The notes under the pieces are model-generated. The model saw nothing but the letters and a program-made list of their open reading frames with translations, did not search any database and was not told where the DNA came from. A stretch of 64,000 nt of DNA from Planctomycetota bacterium (GTDB lineage: Bacteria > Planctomycetota > UBA8108 > UBA1146), in assembly GCA_028825265.1 (NCBI GenBank), contig JAPKAM010000002.1:4420-68419 (forward strand). The letters are read 5' to 3'. Each line of letters starts with the position of its first letter. Position 1 is the stretch's first letter. The translations under genes were made by a program, and so were the position numbers. Below are positions 1-11,034 of this stretch, one piece after another.

Positions 1-405
1 ACCGGTAAGACGATCCAGGAATGGCGCGGAGCACAAAACCACTTCCAGAATTTCATCGATGCGGTTCGATCTCGGGATGAATCCAGCATCAACGGAACCA
101 TCGAGGGGGGGCACCTCTCCAGTGCACTGTGCCATCTGGGAAACATCTCCTACCTGCGTGGCGAGCGGATCTCGCCGCAGGATGCCGCCAGCCGGATCAC
201 CTGGCCGACCACTTCTGCCGCGGATGTGGAACGGGTGGTGGCGCACCTGCAGGGGAATGGTGTCGACTTTGCTTCGACCGGGCTGGTCGCAGGAAAGATG
301 CTGGAGATCGACACTTCCAGCGAGAAATTTCGAAACGATGCAGAGGCCAATGCGATGCTGTTTCGTCCTGGCCGCGCCGAATATCTATTTCCCGAGGAAT
401 CGTAG
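1..405 (+). CDS. Gfo/Idh/MocA-family oxidoreductase, C-terminal part (5' end outside window)
   Basis: Frame 1 is open from base 1 to TAG at 403-405 and reads ...NHFQNFIDAVRSRD...EGGHLSSALCHLGNISY..., the typical C-terminus of planctomycete Gfo/Idh/MocA proteins. Not in the ORF track because its start lies outside the window. Confidence 0.8.
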   Translation, partial: TGKTIQEWRGAQNHFQNFIDAVRSRDESSINGTIEGGHLSSALCHLGNISYLRGERISPQDAASRITWPTTSAADVERVVAHLQGNGVDFASTGLVAGKMLEIDTSSEKFRNDAEANAMLFRPGRAEYLFPEES

Positions 406-408
406 CGG

Positions 409-1320
409 GTGCCTCGTCGAACAGAAGAGAGGGTCGATCGGCGACGGGTCCTGCAACGCCTCGCTGCTGGCGGTCTGCTCGCCACTACGGGTGGCGTGTT
501 CGCTGACTGGTTGCGAGCGGATGAACCGCTGGCGCTCCCCGCGGCCCGCTTTCGCTTTGGGCTCGTCACCTATCTGTGGGGGCAGGACCTTTCGTTGCCA
601 CGGCTGATCGACAGCTGCAAATCCTCCGGTCTGGAGGGGGTCGAACTGCGCACGACCCATGCACATGGGGTCGAACCGGCTCTGACTCGCCAACAGCGGG
701 TCGAGGTGAAGCAACGTTTTGACGATTCACCGGTGACCTGCGTTGGAATTGGCAGCAATGAAAAATTGCACCATCCAGATGCCGCCAGATTGAAGTCTGC
801 GATGGACGCCACCCGCGCCTTTCTCAAACTGAGTGCAGAGATCGGCGGTAGTGGAGTCAAGGTGAAGCCGGACCAGTGCCCGGAAGGGGAAGATCTCGAT
901 CGCACCATCGAACGAATCGGTGGAGCGTTGCAACAACTGGGTAAGGAAGCCGCGGACATCGGTCAGCAGATTCGACTCGAGGTTCACGGATCCTGTGCCA
1001 AGTTGCCGCTGATGGAACGCATCCTGGAAGTGGCGGATCATCCCTCGGTGGGTGCGTGCTGGAACAGCAATGACAGTGACCTGGCAGGAGACGGTCTCGA
1101 GAAGAACTTTGCCAGAGTCGAGAAGAGGCTCGCCGAGACACTGCACGTCAGACGCCTCGATGAGCAGCGATATCCCTACAAGACGCTGTTTAAACTCTTA
1201 CGGCAGCAGCGCTGGGCTGGTTGGATGCTGCTGGAGGCTCATGATCGCCCGCCGGAGGCGCGGGTCGAGGCTCTGCGGGCTCAGCGGGTGCAATTCGATG
1301 CGATGGTGAAGTTGCCGTGA
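409..1320 (+). CDS. Sugar phosphate isomerase/epimerase (xylose-isomerase-like TIM barrel) with Tat signal
   Basis: RRRVLQRLAAGGLL twin-arginine leader; GVELR, LEVHG, HV and MLLE metal-site segments; starts 3 nt after the upstream oxidoreductase. Confidence 0.8.
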   Translation: MPRRTEERVDRRRVLQRLAAGGLLATTGGVFADWLRADEPLALPAARFRFGLVTYLWGQDLSLPRLIDSCKSSGLEGVELRTTHAHGVEPALTRQQRVEVKQRFDDSPVTCVGIGSNEKLHHPDAARLKSAMDATRAFLKLSAEIGGSGVKVKPDQCPEGEDLDRTIERIGGALQQLGKEAADIGQQIRLEVHGSCAKLPLMERILEVADHPSVGACWNSNDSDLAGDGLEKNFARVEKRLAETLHVRRLDEQRYPYKTLFKLLRQQRWAGWMLLEAHDRPPEARVEALRAQRVQFDAMVKLP

Positions 1321-1350
1321 CCGAAGGGTTCCGGTCGAGGCCTCATCTGC

Positions 1351-3459
1351 TCAGGGGCAGCCGCCGTCGAAGCAACTGTGCTCCCCTGCAAGATTGCCAC
1401 ACTCCGGGAAAGGAGCGGCAGGTGGGGTGGCCGAGTTGAACAGGAAGCCCAACAGTGCCACGGGGTCGGCGATGTTGACCTGTTCATCATGATTGATATC
1501 GATGGCTGCGATGCACGGACACGATTCACCGAAGAAGAGGTGTTGAAGCAGTTGGATCGGATCGGCAATGTTCAGGACGAGGTCGATGTTCACATCGCCA
1601 CGAATGAAATCGTTATCGCATGCATCGGGCAATCCGTCGCCGTCCCCATCGGTTTCGGTACCGAGGAACAACTCCATCAAGTCAGCGACTCCATCCGAAT
1701 CGCAGTCGAGCAGGCTTCCTTCATACATCAAGAACATCATCTGCAGATCGCTAACGCTCAGCAGGGAGTCCCCATCAAAGTCAAAGATCTCACACCCGGG
1801 GATGAAGTCGCCCGCAGCGGCTGCCAGAAACTGGGTGCAATCTTGCATGTCTACAACTGCGTCACGGTTCGCATCACCGAGCAGATCGAAGTGGTAGAGC
1901 TTCCAGGTGTGATTGGCGGGGAGGTCGGTGAGATTCCTGCTGGATCCATCGGGAAAGGTGACCGTCAACTGGGCCACCGTCTCGGCCTCTGCTAGGCCGT
2001 GTTGGAAGATCATTTCACCTTCTGATCGGTAGTGCTGACCTGCCCCACGCTGAGAGGCAAAGAAGAGATCTCCCGCATCATCTCTTAACTCGATCCTGCT
2101 ACCGATGGCGAAGTGATTGGGGAAGGGGGCGACGGGATCAAGGCGGATGAAGTTTCCATTGCCTTCATTTGGATGGATATAGAGGTGGAAGTACCCCAAG
2201 CAATCCTGTGCGGCCAGATCGATGTCTCCATCGAGGTCTGCATCGAGAGGGACTGCACAGAAACTCTGGCCAGTGCCGGCAAGGTTCAGTTCAGGAGCGT
2301 TGTCGATCCAGTTCATCGGGCCGATCTGCTCGAAGAATCGATTGGGAGCCATGCTGTCGACCACAAATAGGTCGAGGTCTCCGTCGAGACCATGGTCGAA
2401 GAAAAAATTGGCCCAGCCCACTGCCCCGTTGGAGATACCGTAATCGTCTGACGCGTCGTAGAAGTTGAAATCACCCAGATTGAGAAGTAGCGGATGAGCC
2501 TCGTTCACATTGGTGCAGTACAAGTCCATCAAACCATCCAGATTTACATCCGCGGTGCTGATTCCCATCGAGCAGATACTGACACCCGCTCCCAGGTTAC
2601 TCTGGTCGAGAAATAAAGGATCTGCATTTTCCAGCATGTAATTGTGCGGATCACCAACACATCCCTTGTCATTGGAGAGGTAGATGTCGAGATCTCCATC
2701 GAGGTCGAAGTCCTGAAGCAATCCCTGAAAGGTCACCAGGATGTTGGTGATCGAATCGATCGAATTCGCCGACTCCTCGAAAGTGCCGTCTCCATTGTTG
2801 TAGTAGAGATGCCCATGAGAAGACTCTGGACCTCCCGCTGTGGAAGGTGCTGAAGCCACGATGAGCAAGTCGAGCCAGTCGTCGCCATTGAGATCAGCGA
2901 AGGCCGCGCCGGAATTGTTTCCGCTAGTGGTCAGGCCGACCTCTTCGGTAGCGTCGGTGAAGATGAAGTCGCCGTCATTTCGGAGAAAGTAATCGGGCTG
3001 GCCCCAGCATAGAATCAACAGATCGAGGTCTCCATCGCCATCCGGATCCCCGGTCGCCAGCGCATTGGCCGTCGGCATCTCCGGTAGATTGACATCGGAC
3101 GTTCGGTCGATGAAGTTTCCAGTACCATCATTTTCTAGAAAGCGAACCAGTCCAGCGAGGCCCGTGATGACCAGATCGGCATCTCCATCTTGATCGAGAT
3201 CGATCGCTCCAAAGCCGGATCCGGCGTCGGGAACCGATGTGATGTAAAACAGATCGAGACCCCTAGAAGCGGCTTCATCGGTGAAGGGGGTGCTCTGGGA
3301 ACAGAGCACGCACGGCAGCAGAATCACCATGACCGCACTCCATGCGATCAGTGAGAAATTGGAGTATTTGCAGTGCAAAATCCTCGACAACGAAATCCAA
3401 CCTTTCCCAGAGCCACTGGGGATAGACGCCATATAGAATGGGGCCATCACACCCTCCAA
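1351..3459 (-). CDS. Secreted FG-GAP/ASPIC-UnbV (CRTAC1-like) protein with C-terminal dockerin-like domains
   Basis: Repeated D(L/P)DxDGDxDL motifs; ASPIC-like segment AIGSRIEL...HGL; GDANRDAVVD and FIRGDVNIDLVLNIADPIQLL...DINHDEQVNIADP...PAAPFPECG tail. True start probably downstream (about 3390 or 3330). Confidence 0.85.
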   Translation of the reverse strand: MEGVMAPFYMASIPSGSGKGWISLSRILHCKYSNFSLIAWSAVMVILLPCVLCSQSTPFTDEAASRGLDLFYITSVPDAGSGFGAIDLDQDGDADLVITGLAGLVRFLENDGTGNFIDRTSDVNLPEMPTANALATGDPDGDGDLDLLILCWGQPDYFLRNDGDFIFTDATEEVGLTTSGNNSGAAFADLNGDDWLDLLIVASAPSTAGGPESSHGHLYYNNGDGTFEESANSIDSITNILVTFQGLLQDFDLDGDLDIYLSNDKGCVGDPHNYMLENADPLFLDQSNLGAGVSICSMGISTADVNLDGLMDLYCTNVNEAHPLLLNLGDFNFYDASDDYGISNGAVGWANFFFDHGLDGDLDLFVVDSMAPNRFFEQIGPMNWIDNAPELNLAGTGQSFCAVPLDADLDGDIDLAAQDCLGYFHLYIHPNEGNGNFIRLDPVAPFPNHFAIGSRIELRDDAGDLFFASQRGAGQHYRSEGEMIFQHGLAEAETVAQLTVTFPDGSSRNLTDLPANHTWKLYHFDLLGDANRDAVVDMQDCTQFLAAAAGDFIPGCEIFDFDGDSLLSVSDLQMMFLMYEGSLLDCDSDGVADLMELFLGTETDGDGDGLPDACDNDFIRGDVNIDLVLNIADPIQLLQHLFFGESCPCIAAIDINHDEQVNIADPVALLGFLFNSATPPAAPFPECGNLAGEHSCFDGGCP

Positions 3460-3909
3460 TTAAAGTTACCGACCGGGGAGCAAGCAACATAATTATGGGA
3501 GGAAAAACAAGTGCTGACCATGGATGGGTAATTTTCCCGAATTAAACACCTGATGCGACGGAGGAGCGTTCTACGGGCAATCCATTCTCATGGTCATTTT
3601 GAGATTCGAGATCAGTTTGGCAGTCGGGATCAAGAAATTGTGGAGTTTAGCCTGATCGAACAGAGGCCTGAGGAGTTACCGGGGTCTGCGATAGGTGGTG
3701 CCAGTTAAGTTCCAGCACTGCACAACCGGTTGGCTGTCCCGAGTCGAGAGTTTGGTGGACTTCGCGATTCCAGATCGGGATCGAATGGAACATCGGCAGC
3801 CGTAAGAACTTTCATCGTCGGTCGGTTGAGGTGCCTCCTGACGACTCCGCCAACTCTCTGCTACTCTCTACTCTGGCCTCCAGGAGAACCCGAATAGGAG
3901 ATCAGCCGA

Positions 3910-6900
3910 GTGCAAATGCTCAACTCGAAACTGTTCCGCTACATGGCACTGTGCATCGGCATTGGAATCGGCTGGTGTTCGGTCCTGTCTCGGGCGCAAG
4001 ATCCGACCCCACGGGAAACCGGGGAGGTCAGTTACTATCGCGACATTCGGCCCATCTTTCAGGCCAGTTGTCATGGCTGCCATCAGCCCGCAAAGGCCAA
4101 GGGTCAGTACGTGATGACTAATTTTGCCAGCCTGCTCGCTGGTGGCGGAGATGATGCGGCGATCGTGGCTCATCAGCCGGATCAAAGTGAACTGATCGAA
4201 ATGATCACGCCCATCGATGGTGAATCGGAAATGCCGAAGAAGGGTGACCCCTTGAATCCGGCCCAGATCAAATTGATCCGAGATTGGATCAGTGAGGGCG
4301 CGCTGGACGACACCCCGGCCAATGCAGTTCAGAAGTATGACTCGAAGAACCCTCCGACTTACGAATCTCCGCCGATCGTGACTGCTCTCGACTACTCCCC
4401 AGATGGTCGCTGGCTGGCCGTCTCCGGATATCACGAGGTGTTGATCCACGATGTCGAGAGTTCGACCATCATCGAGCGACTGGTCGGGCTCTCCGAGCGG
4501 ATCGAATCGGTTCGTTTCTCTCCGGATGGGAAGAAACTGGCGGTGACTGGCGGCTTGCCGGCTCGCATGGGTGAAGTGCAGGTGTGGAACACAGACAATT
4601 GGAAACTGTCGATCTCGGTACCGGTCACCTTTGACACCGTGTACGGCGCCAGCTGGTCCCCCGATAGCCAGTTGATTGGGTTCGGCTGTGGAGACAACAC
4701 GGTTCGGGCCATCGATGCCAGCAGCGGTCAGCAGGTGCTCTTCAATGGAGCATCGTCGGACTGGACCCTCGATACGGTATTTTCCCTCGATGGAACCCAT
4801 CTGATCTCGGTCGGACGAGACATGACGGCAAAGTTGATCGAGGTGAAAACTCAGAGATTTGTCGACAACATCACCTCGATCACACCGGCAATACTCAAGG
4901 GTGGGCTGGCGGCCGTCGATCGACACCCAGCCAAGGAGGAGATCCTGGTCGGTGGATCGGATGGGACACCTCAGATCTACAGGATTCACCGCGAGGTCAA
5001 GAGAGTCATCGGCGATAACTCGAATCTGCTGAGGTCCTTTCCACCGATGATCGGACGGGTATTCGGCCTCGGATACAGCGGGGATGGCAAACGCATCGCT
5101 GCGGTAAGCAGTCTGGATGGCCAGGGCCAGGTGGCGATCTATAGCAGTGATTTTGACGGCATGCTCCCCAAGGGGATGAAGGGAATCCTTGAAAAGGTTT
5201 CGACTTCTCGCAATGCAGCGGAGAAGAAGGAAATAGAGGAGTTTCACTCTCGTGACATCGAGATGCTCGCCACCATCGATTTCGACACGCCGATCTATTC
5301 GCTCTGCTGGCATCCACACAGGCAAGAAATCGCCATCGGTAGTGCGGATGGGCTGGTTCGTTTTCTCGATGGAGAGAAGGGGACGTTGTTACGGATGGTG
5401 ATGTCTGCACCGATGTCTGGAGTTCGGGGTAAGAAATTGATCGGAATGGTGGTCGACCCGCCCGCCGTGGAGATCTCTGAGAAGTATCGATATCAGCAGT
5501 TGCTGGTCACCGGAGTGCTCGCATCGGGACACACCATCGACCTGACACACGAAGTTCGCTACGAGTTGTCAGAACAGATCGCATCGGTTTCCGGCGGACT
5601 CGTCAGAGCCCTCTCCGATGGTCAGACCAGCATTCAAATCACTCACGGAGGTGAGAAGGTCGAGATTCCCGTGGCCATCACAGGACAAGAAGTGGCCTAT
5701 GAGCCAAGTTTCATCCGAGACGTCAATCCAGTCATCTCCAAAGCCGGGTGCAACGGTGGCTCATGCCATGGCTCGAAAGATGGAAAGAACGGATTCAAGT
5801 TATCTCTCAGGGGATACGACCCACTGCTCGATGTCAGGGCGTTTTCCGATGACCACGCAGGACGGAGAGTCAACTTCGCTTCTGCCGATGATAGCCTGAT
5901 GCTGCTGAAGTCCACCGGAGCGGTGCCCCACGAAGGAGGCCAGCGATTCACCGTCGAATCGGAGTACTACCAGTTGCTTCGCGACTGGATTGCAGCCGGT
6001 TGCCAACTCGATCAGCGAGTGGCAAAGGTCGCCAGAATCGAGGTCTTGCCGAAGAATCCAACGGTCCAGAGCATCGGCGATCAGCAGCAGTTGCGAGTCA
6101 CAGCTTTCTATGATGACGGATCGGTGAGAGATGTGACCGTTGAAGCGTTCGTCAGCAGTGGAAACACGGAAGTCGCGCGGTGCAATGCAGCGGGCTTGGT
6201 CTCGACGGAAAGAAGGGGAGAGGCGCCGCTTTTGGCTCGATTTGAGGGGGCCTATGCCGCCACCACGTTGACGGTGATGGGAGATCGATCCCGCTTCGAA
6301 TGGCAGGAGCCCGAGATCTTCAATCCGATCGATGGATTTGTGGCCGACAAGTGGAAACGAATGAAACTCCAGTCTTCCGAACTATGCACGGATGCAGAGT
6401 TCTTGCGCCGCATTTCGTTAGATCTGGTGGGCTTGCCTCCGACCGTGGAGCAAGTGATGGAGTTCCTGGAAGATGAGCGCGACCGCAAGATCAAGCGCGA
6501 AACGGTGATCGATGATTTGATCGGGTCTGAGGGCTATGTCGTCCACTGGGGAAATCGCTGGGCAGATCTGTTACAGGTCAATGGCAAGTTTCTTGGCAAG
6601 GAGGGTGCTTCCAGTTTTCGTCAGTGGATTCACGAGCAGGTGGAATCCAACGTGCCCTACGACGAGTTTGTTCATCAGATTCTCACCGCCACGGGTTCCA
6701 ACAAAGAGAACCCAGCCGCTTCCTACTACAAGATCCTTCGGACCCCCGCTGAAACGATGGAAAATACCACGCAGTTGTTTCTCGCAACGCGATTCAACTG
6801 CAACAAGTGTCACGATCATCCTTTCGAGCGATGGACCCAGGATCAGTATTATCAAATGGCGGCCTACTTCGCTCGTGTCGATATCCAGCCAGATCCTGCT

Positions 6901-8937
6901 GGTGGCGATGCGAGGATCGGTGGTACTGCAGTTGAGGGAAGCAAGCCGCTCTACGAGATCATCTCCGACAAGGAGACTGGTGAGGTGGTTCATGACCGCA
7001 CCCGGCAGGAGATCGCACCAGAATTTCCTTACCCGGTGCCGTTCACCATCGAACAAGGTTCAACTCGACGCGAGAAACTGGCCGCTTGGATCACATCTGC
7101 GGATAATCAGTACTTTGCCAGGAGTTATGTCAATCGCATCTGGGGATACCTGACTGGAGTCGGGCTGATCGATCCACTCGATGACATCCGAGCCGGAAAC
7201 CCGCCGTCGAATCCAGAATTACTCGAGTTCTTGACCCAGCGCTTCATCGAGACCGACTTCAACGTGCGAGTGTTGATTGCGGAGATCTGCAAGTCGAGAA
7301 CCTACCAACTTTCCATCGTGGCGAACCCATGGAATGAAGATGACCAGATCAATTATTCTCACGCTTCGCCGCGCAGATTACCTGCCGAGGTGCTCTACGA
7401 TTCGATCTATCAGGTGCTGGGAGCGAGTGCCAAGATTCCTGGTGTTCCTGAAGGAACTCGCGCGGCAGCGTTACCCGATGTTGGGATTCAGTTGAAGGAC
7501 GGATTCCTGAGCACACTTGGTCGCTCAGCGCGAGAGAGTGCCTGTGAATGCGCCCGCTCCGATGCTCTAGGTCTCGATAGCGTCATGGCGCTGGTGACTG
7601 GCCCGACCGTGGACCAGGCCATCAGTGATCCCAGCAATATCATCACCCAACTGATCGATCAACATCCAGATGACGGAAATCTGATCGAGCAGATGTACCT
7701 GAGAATCCTCAACCGACCGGCCAAGGCGGTGGAGGTTGACGCGGTGCTGAAGTTACTAGGCGAGATCGATTCCGACCATCTAGCCTTGACCCAAGATTAC
7801 GAGGCTTACCAAATAGTCGCAGCACAACTCGCCGACGAGAGAGAAGTTTCGCGCCAGGCCGGCATCGCCGATGCAAAAGGCGAGGTGACGGAATTCGAAT
7901 TGAGCATCGCACCGAGAGAAGACGAACTTGATCGCATACAGCAGGAAGCGATCGCGCTCGCCACTGCCGAGCAACTAGCCCATGGCAAGACGATTCCAGA
8001 GAAGGTACTGGAGTGGCAGAAGGAGCAGGCGGTTTCGACCCGTTGGGTTACGCTGATTCCTGAGACTTTGCAGGCTTCGAGCGGAGCGACCTTAACCCTC
8101 GAACAAGATGGAGCGGTCCGTGCCACTGGCAAGACGGGGATGGGAACCTATACCTTCACCGCCCCGACCGACCTGGACTTGATCACCGCAATTCGCATCG
8201 AGGCGCTGGCGGATCCAGAGCTACCGGCAAATGGACCGGGTCGAGGTAATGGCAACTTCGTTCTGTCCGAACTTCAACTCGATTGGATTCCAGTAGCAGT
8301 GGGAGAAGGTCGCCCAGAACCCACAAGAGTAGCCTTGCAGAATGCGAAGGCAAATTTCAGCCAGTCCACCTACGACGTAGGCTTTTCCATCGATGGAAAG
8401 ATCGACCGGACTGGTTGGGCGATCTCGCCACAGATGGGATCGGACAAGAACGCCACCTACGAACTGAAACAACCGCTGGGCGGTGCCGGCTCGACTCTGA
8501 TCTTCACACTTCATCAGAGTTTCGATGCCAATCATGTTCTGGGTAAATTTCGGATCTGGGTGACGACTTCTCAACTTCCAGTAGAGATCGGATTGCCGGT
8601 CGATATCGCCCGCATTGTCGACCTTGCGGATGAATCTCGCAGTGAGGATCAGCGAGGGAAGTTACTTCGTTACTTCACCGAAAATGATCAGGTTTCACAA
8701 GATCACAAGAAGAAGATCGCAGATGCGAAGATGACACGACCGGTCGATCCTGGATTGTTGAAATTGCGCGAGAAACTGGCCCGGGTTGGGGTGCCAGTCT
8801 CGCCAGATCCAAAGTTGATGCGACTCGAGAGAGCGATGAAACTGAGTGAAGAGCAACTGAAGAACCGACGACTCACGCTGGTTCACGACATCGCCTGGGC
8901 GCTGATCAACAGTCCGGCATTTCTCTTTAACCGCTGA
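3910..8937 (+). CDS. Planctomycete cytochrome c (PSCyt1) / WD40 / Ig-like / DUF1549-DUF1553 multidomain protein
   Basis: Signal peptide; SCHGCH; WD40-like repeats; GCNGGSCHG; FLRRISLDLVGLPPT; FNCNKCHDHPF; ACECARS; C-terminal DIAWALINSPAFLFNR. AGGAG RBS at 3896-3900. Confidence 0.9.
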   Translation: MQMLNSKLFRYMALCIGIGIGWCSVLSRAQDPTPRETGEVSYYRDIRPIFQASCHGCHQPAKAKGQYVMTNFASLLAGGGDDAAIVAHQPDQSELIEMITPIDGESEMPKKGDPLNPAQIKLIRDWISEGALDDTPANAVQKYDSKNPPTYESPPIVTALDYSPDGRWLAVSGYHEVLIHDVESSTIIERLVGLSERIESVRFSPDGKKLAVTGGLPARMGEVQVWNTDNWKLSISVPVTFDTVYGASWSPDSQLIGFGCGDNTVRAIDASSGQQVLFNGASSDWTLDTVFSLDGTHLISVGRDMTAKLIEVKTQRFVDNITSITPAILKGGLAAVDRHPAKEEILVGGSDGTPQIYRIHREVKRVIGDNSNLLRSFPPMIGRVFGLGYSGDGKRIAAVSSLDGQGQVAIYSSDFDGMLPKGMKGILEKVSTSRNAAEKKEIEEFHSRDIEMLATIDFDTPIYSLCWHPHRQEIAIGSADGLVRFLDGEKGTLLRMVMSAPMSGVRGKKLIGMVVDPPAVEISEKYRYQQLLVTGVLASGHTIDLTHEVRYELSEQIASVSGGLVRALSDGQTSIQITHGGEKVEIPVAITGQEVAYEPSFIRDVNPVISKAGCNGGSCHGSKDGKNGFKLSLRGYDPLLDVRAFSDDHAGRRVNFASADDSLMLLKSTGAVPHEGGQRFTVESEYYQLLRDWIAAGCQLDQRVAKVARIEVLPKNPTVQSIGDQQQLRVTAFYDDGSVRDVTVEAFVSSGNTEVARCNAAGLVSTERRGEAPLLARFEGAYAATTLTVMGDRSRFEWQEPEIFNPIDGFVADKWKRMKLQSSELCTDAEFLRRISLDLVGLPPTVEQVMEFLEDERDRKIKRETVIDDLIGSEGYVVHWGNRWADLLQVNGKFLGKEGASSFRQWIHEQVESNVPYDEFVHQILTATGSNKENPAASYYKILRTPAETMENTTQLFLATRFNCNKCHDHPFERWTQDQYYQMAAYFARVDIQPDPAGGDARIGGTAVEGSKPLYEIISDKETGEVVHDRTRQEIAPEFPYPVPFTIEQGSTRREKLAAWITSADNQYFARSYVNRIWGYLTGVGLIDPLDDIRAGNPPSNPELLEFLTQRFIETDFNVRVLIAEICKSRTYQLSIVANPWNEDDQINYSHASPRRLPAEVLYDSIYQVLGASAKIPGVPEGTRAAALPDVGIQLKDGFLSTLGRSARESACECARSDALGLDSVMALVTGPTVDQAISDPSNIITQLIDQHPDDGNLIEQMYLRILNRPAKAVEVDAVLKLLGEIDSDHLALTQDYEAYQIVAAQLADEREVSRQAGIADAKGEVTEFELSIAPREDELDRIQQEAIALATAEQLAHGKTIPEKVLEWQKEQAVSTRWVTLIPETLQASSGATLTLEQDGAVRATGKTGMGTYTFTAPTDLDLITAIRIEALADPELPANGPGRGNGNFVLSELQLDWIPVAVGEGRPEPTRVALQNAKANFSQSTYDVGFSIDGKIDRTGWAISPQMGSDKNATYELKQPLGGAGSTLIFTLHQSFDANHVLGKFRIWVTTSQLPVEIGLPVDIARIVDLADESRSEDQRGKLLRYFTENDQVSQDHKKKIADAKMTRPVDPGLLKLREKLARVGVPVSPDPKLMRLERAMKLSEEQLKNRRLTLVHDIAWALINSPAFLFNR

Positions 8938-8964
8938 TCAAACCCGCGCCCGAAAGGGGCCCAG

Positions 8965-10428
8965 ATGCTAAGAGTACCGGGAGATGATTGTTCCGATCTC
9001 TGTGATTCGGGACAGATCACGCGTAGAGACTTGATGCGTATCGGTGGCGCTGGCTTCCTGGGTTTGACACTGGGCTCCGTCTTTGAATTGCAGGCGATGG
9101 CCAGAGAGGCGGTCAAGAGCGCGCCAGGTTGGGCCAAGGCAAAAAGCATCATCATGGTCTACCTACAAGGTGGGCCGAGTCACATCGACCTGTGGGATCC
9201 GAAGGAAAACGTACCCGATAACGTCAAGAGTGTCTTTGACTCCATCCCGACGAAAATTCCGGGGGTTCACTTCACCGAGTTGCTTCCGAGGCTCGCCCAG
9301 ATCAATGACAAGATGACGATGATTCGTTCGATGAGTTACACGCCGAAGGGGCTCTTCAACCATACCGCTGCGATCTATCAGATGATGACGGGTTACACGA
9401 CCGACAAGGTCAGTCCATCGGGACAACTGGAGCCACCAAGTCCCAAGGACTTTCCCAATTTTGGTTCTCAGCTGGTCCGGATGCGTCCACCGGAGGTACC
9501 GATGCTTCCCTTCGTGATGCTGCCGAGGCCACTGCAAGAGAGCAATGTGGTGGGCAAAGGTGGTACGGCAGGTTTCCTCGGAAAATCCTATGATCCGTAC
9601 AACCTGTACCCACCGGGGGACGATTTAAACATGACCAAGATGGACAAGATCAAGGTCGATGACCTCTCGATGGCTCCCGGTGTTTTCGCACATCGATTGC
9701 AGAGACGCGCCAGGATCCGAGATGCCATCAACGATGCGATGCCAGAGATAGACAAGGCGGTCGAAGACTATAAACTCAACGATTATTACGCAAAAGCGAT
9801 CAACTTGGTCGTTTCTGGCAAGGCGCGCGAGGCGTTTGATCTCGAACAGGAGCCATTCAAGCTTCGAGAGAGATATGGCAGAAACACCTTCGGGCAGAGT
9901 TGCTTGCTGGCACGGAGGTTGGTCGAGGCCGGCACCCGTGTGGTCGAGGTGATCTGGCCCAAGGTCGCAAACTCCGACAATCATTCGTGGGATGTGCATG
10001 TAGATCTGTCCAAGCGAATGAAAACGCAATCGGCTCCGATGCTCGATTCAGGGCTGTCGACACTGATCGAGGATCTCGATGAAAGAGGAATGCTCGATGA
10101 GACGCTGGTGGTGGCGGTGGGTGAGTTCGGCCGCAGTCCCCAGCGTGGAGTCAGCACTTCGGGTAACGCCAACACCGACGACGGCCGCGATCACTGGCCC
10201 TACTGCTACACTGCGGTGATGGCCGGTGCCGGGATCAAGCGGGGTTATGTCCACGGCGAATCGGATGAAACAGGTTCTTCTCCTCTGAGCGATCCGGTGC
10301 ATCCAAAGCAGCTGCTCGCATCGATCTATCACTCCTTCGGCATCGAGCCGGGGACGATGGTGCTCAACCACCTGAAGCAGCCGCGAGAACTGGTCAAGGC
10401 GGAGGCCGTCGAAGAATTTTTCAGCTAG
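8965..10428 (+). CDS. DUF1501 domain protein (Tat-exported)
   Basis: [10 protein letters not shown] Tat motif; [18 protein letters not shown]; [23 protein letters not shown]; GEFGRSP; GRDHWP. Usual partner of DUF1553 genes. Confidence 0.92.
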   Translation: MLRVPGDDCSDLCDSGQITRRDLMRIGGAGFLGLTLGSVFELQAMAREAVKSAPGWAKAKSIIMVYLQGGPSHIDLWDPKENVPDNVKSVFDSIPTKIPGVHFTELLPRLAQINDKMTMIRSMSYTPKGLFNHTAAIYQMMTGYTTDKVSPSGQLEPPSPKDFPNFGSQLVRMRPPEVPMLPFVMLPRPLQESNVVGKGGTAGFLGKSYDPYNLYPPGDDLNMTKMDKIKVDDLSMAPGVFAHRLQRRARIRDAINDAMPEIDKAVEDYKLNDYYAKAINLVVSGKAREAFDLEQEPFKLRERYGRNTFGQSCLLARRLVEAGTRVVEVIWPKVANSDNHSWDVHVDLSKRMKTQSAPMLDSGLSTLIEDLDERGMLDETLVVAVGEFGRSPQRGVSTSGNANTDDGRDHWPYCYTAVMAGAGIKRGYVHGESDETGSSPLSDPVHPKQLLASIYHSFGIEPGTMVLNHLKQPRELVKAEAVEEFFS

Positions 10429-10439
10429 TGAGATGACTT

Positions 10440-10967
10440 CTAGTCGATCCTCGTCATGTTGAAGATGAGAGGGTCGCCAGACTCACCATCCTGGAAGCTC
10501 CGCCAGTGAGTACTGATGTGATTCTCGTCGGTGAAGATCCACTCGGCCTCCCCCATGTACAGATCATTGGGATCACCGTGATTGGTCACATGATCCGTCA
10601 CGAAGTACACACTGCCGTTGGTGATCTCACTGGCCTTCATGTGAGGCTGGTTTCTTGCCGCACAGTAGTGAGTCATGAGAAGTTGATCACCATCGAGGAA
10701 AATCACCGTTGTCATTTCGTGGGGCGTGTCCTTGAAGATGGTTTCTACAACTGCACTGCCATTGGCAATGGTGTGATAGGTGACTGTGGAAGGAGGCATG
10801 GTCTCCGGCGAAGCGGGGGTCGATTCCCAGTCACCATCGAGGGCACGGAAGCGAGAGAATGCTTCAGCAGCGGACTCTGGTGAGTACGAGATCCTGGGAG
10901 TCGTGGAACAACCCGGATTCACGATCAACGCAGTCAGGAAGAGAATCGAAACAGGGAGTAACTTCAT
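10440..10967 (-). CDS. Hypothetical lipoprotein
   Basis: Hydrophobic leader ending NPG-C; LMTHYCAARNQPHM motif; beta-rich body. Confidence 0.7.
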   Translation of the reverse strand: MKLLPVSILFLTALIVNPGCSTTPRISYSPESAAEAFSRFRALDGDWESTPASPETMPPSTVTYHTIANGSAVVETIFKDTPHEMTTVIFLDGDQLLMTHYCAARNQPHMKASEITNGSVYFVTDHVTNHGDPNDLYMGEAEWIFTDENHISTHWRSFQDGESGDPLIFNMTRID

Positions 10968-11034
10968 ATTATGGCCTCATCTTTTCAGAATTGAATTATT
11001 GCCCATTAAAAATCTGCCGACACGAGTCGCTCGA

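Noticed and set aside
1351-1600. Cellulosome
   Set aside because: Dockerin-like tails are present, but no cohesin scaffold or glycoside hydrolase domains are seen in the window.
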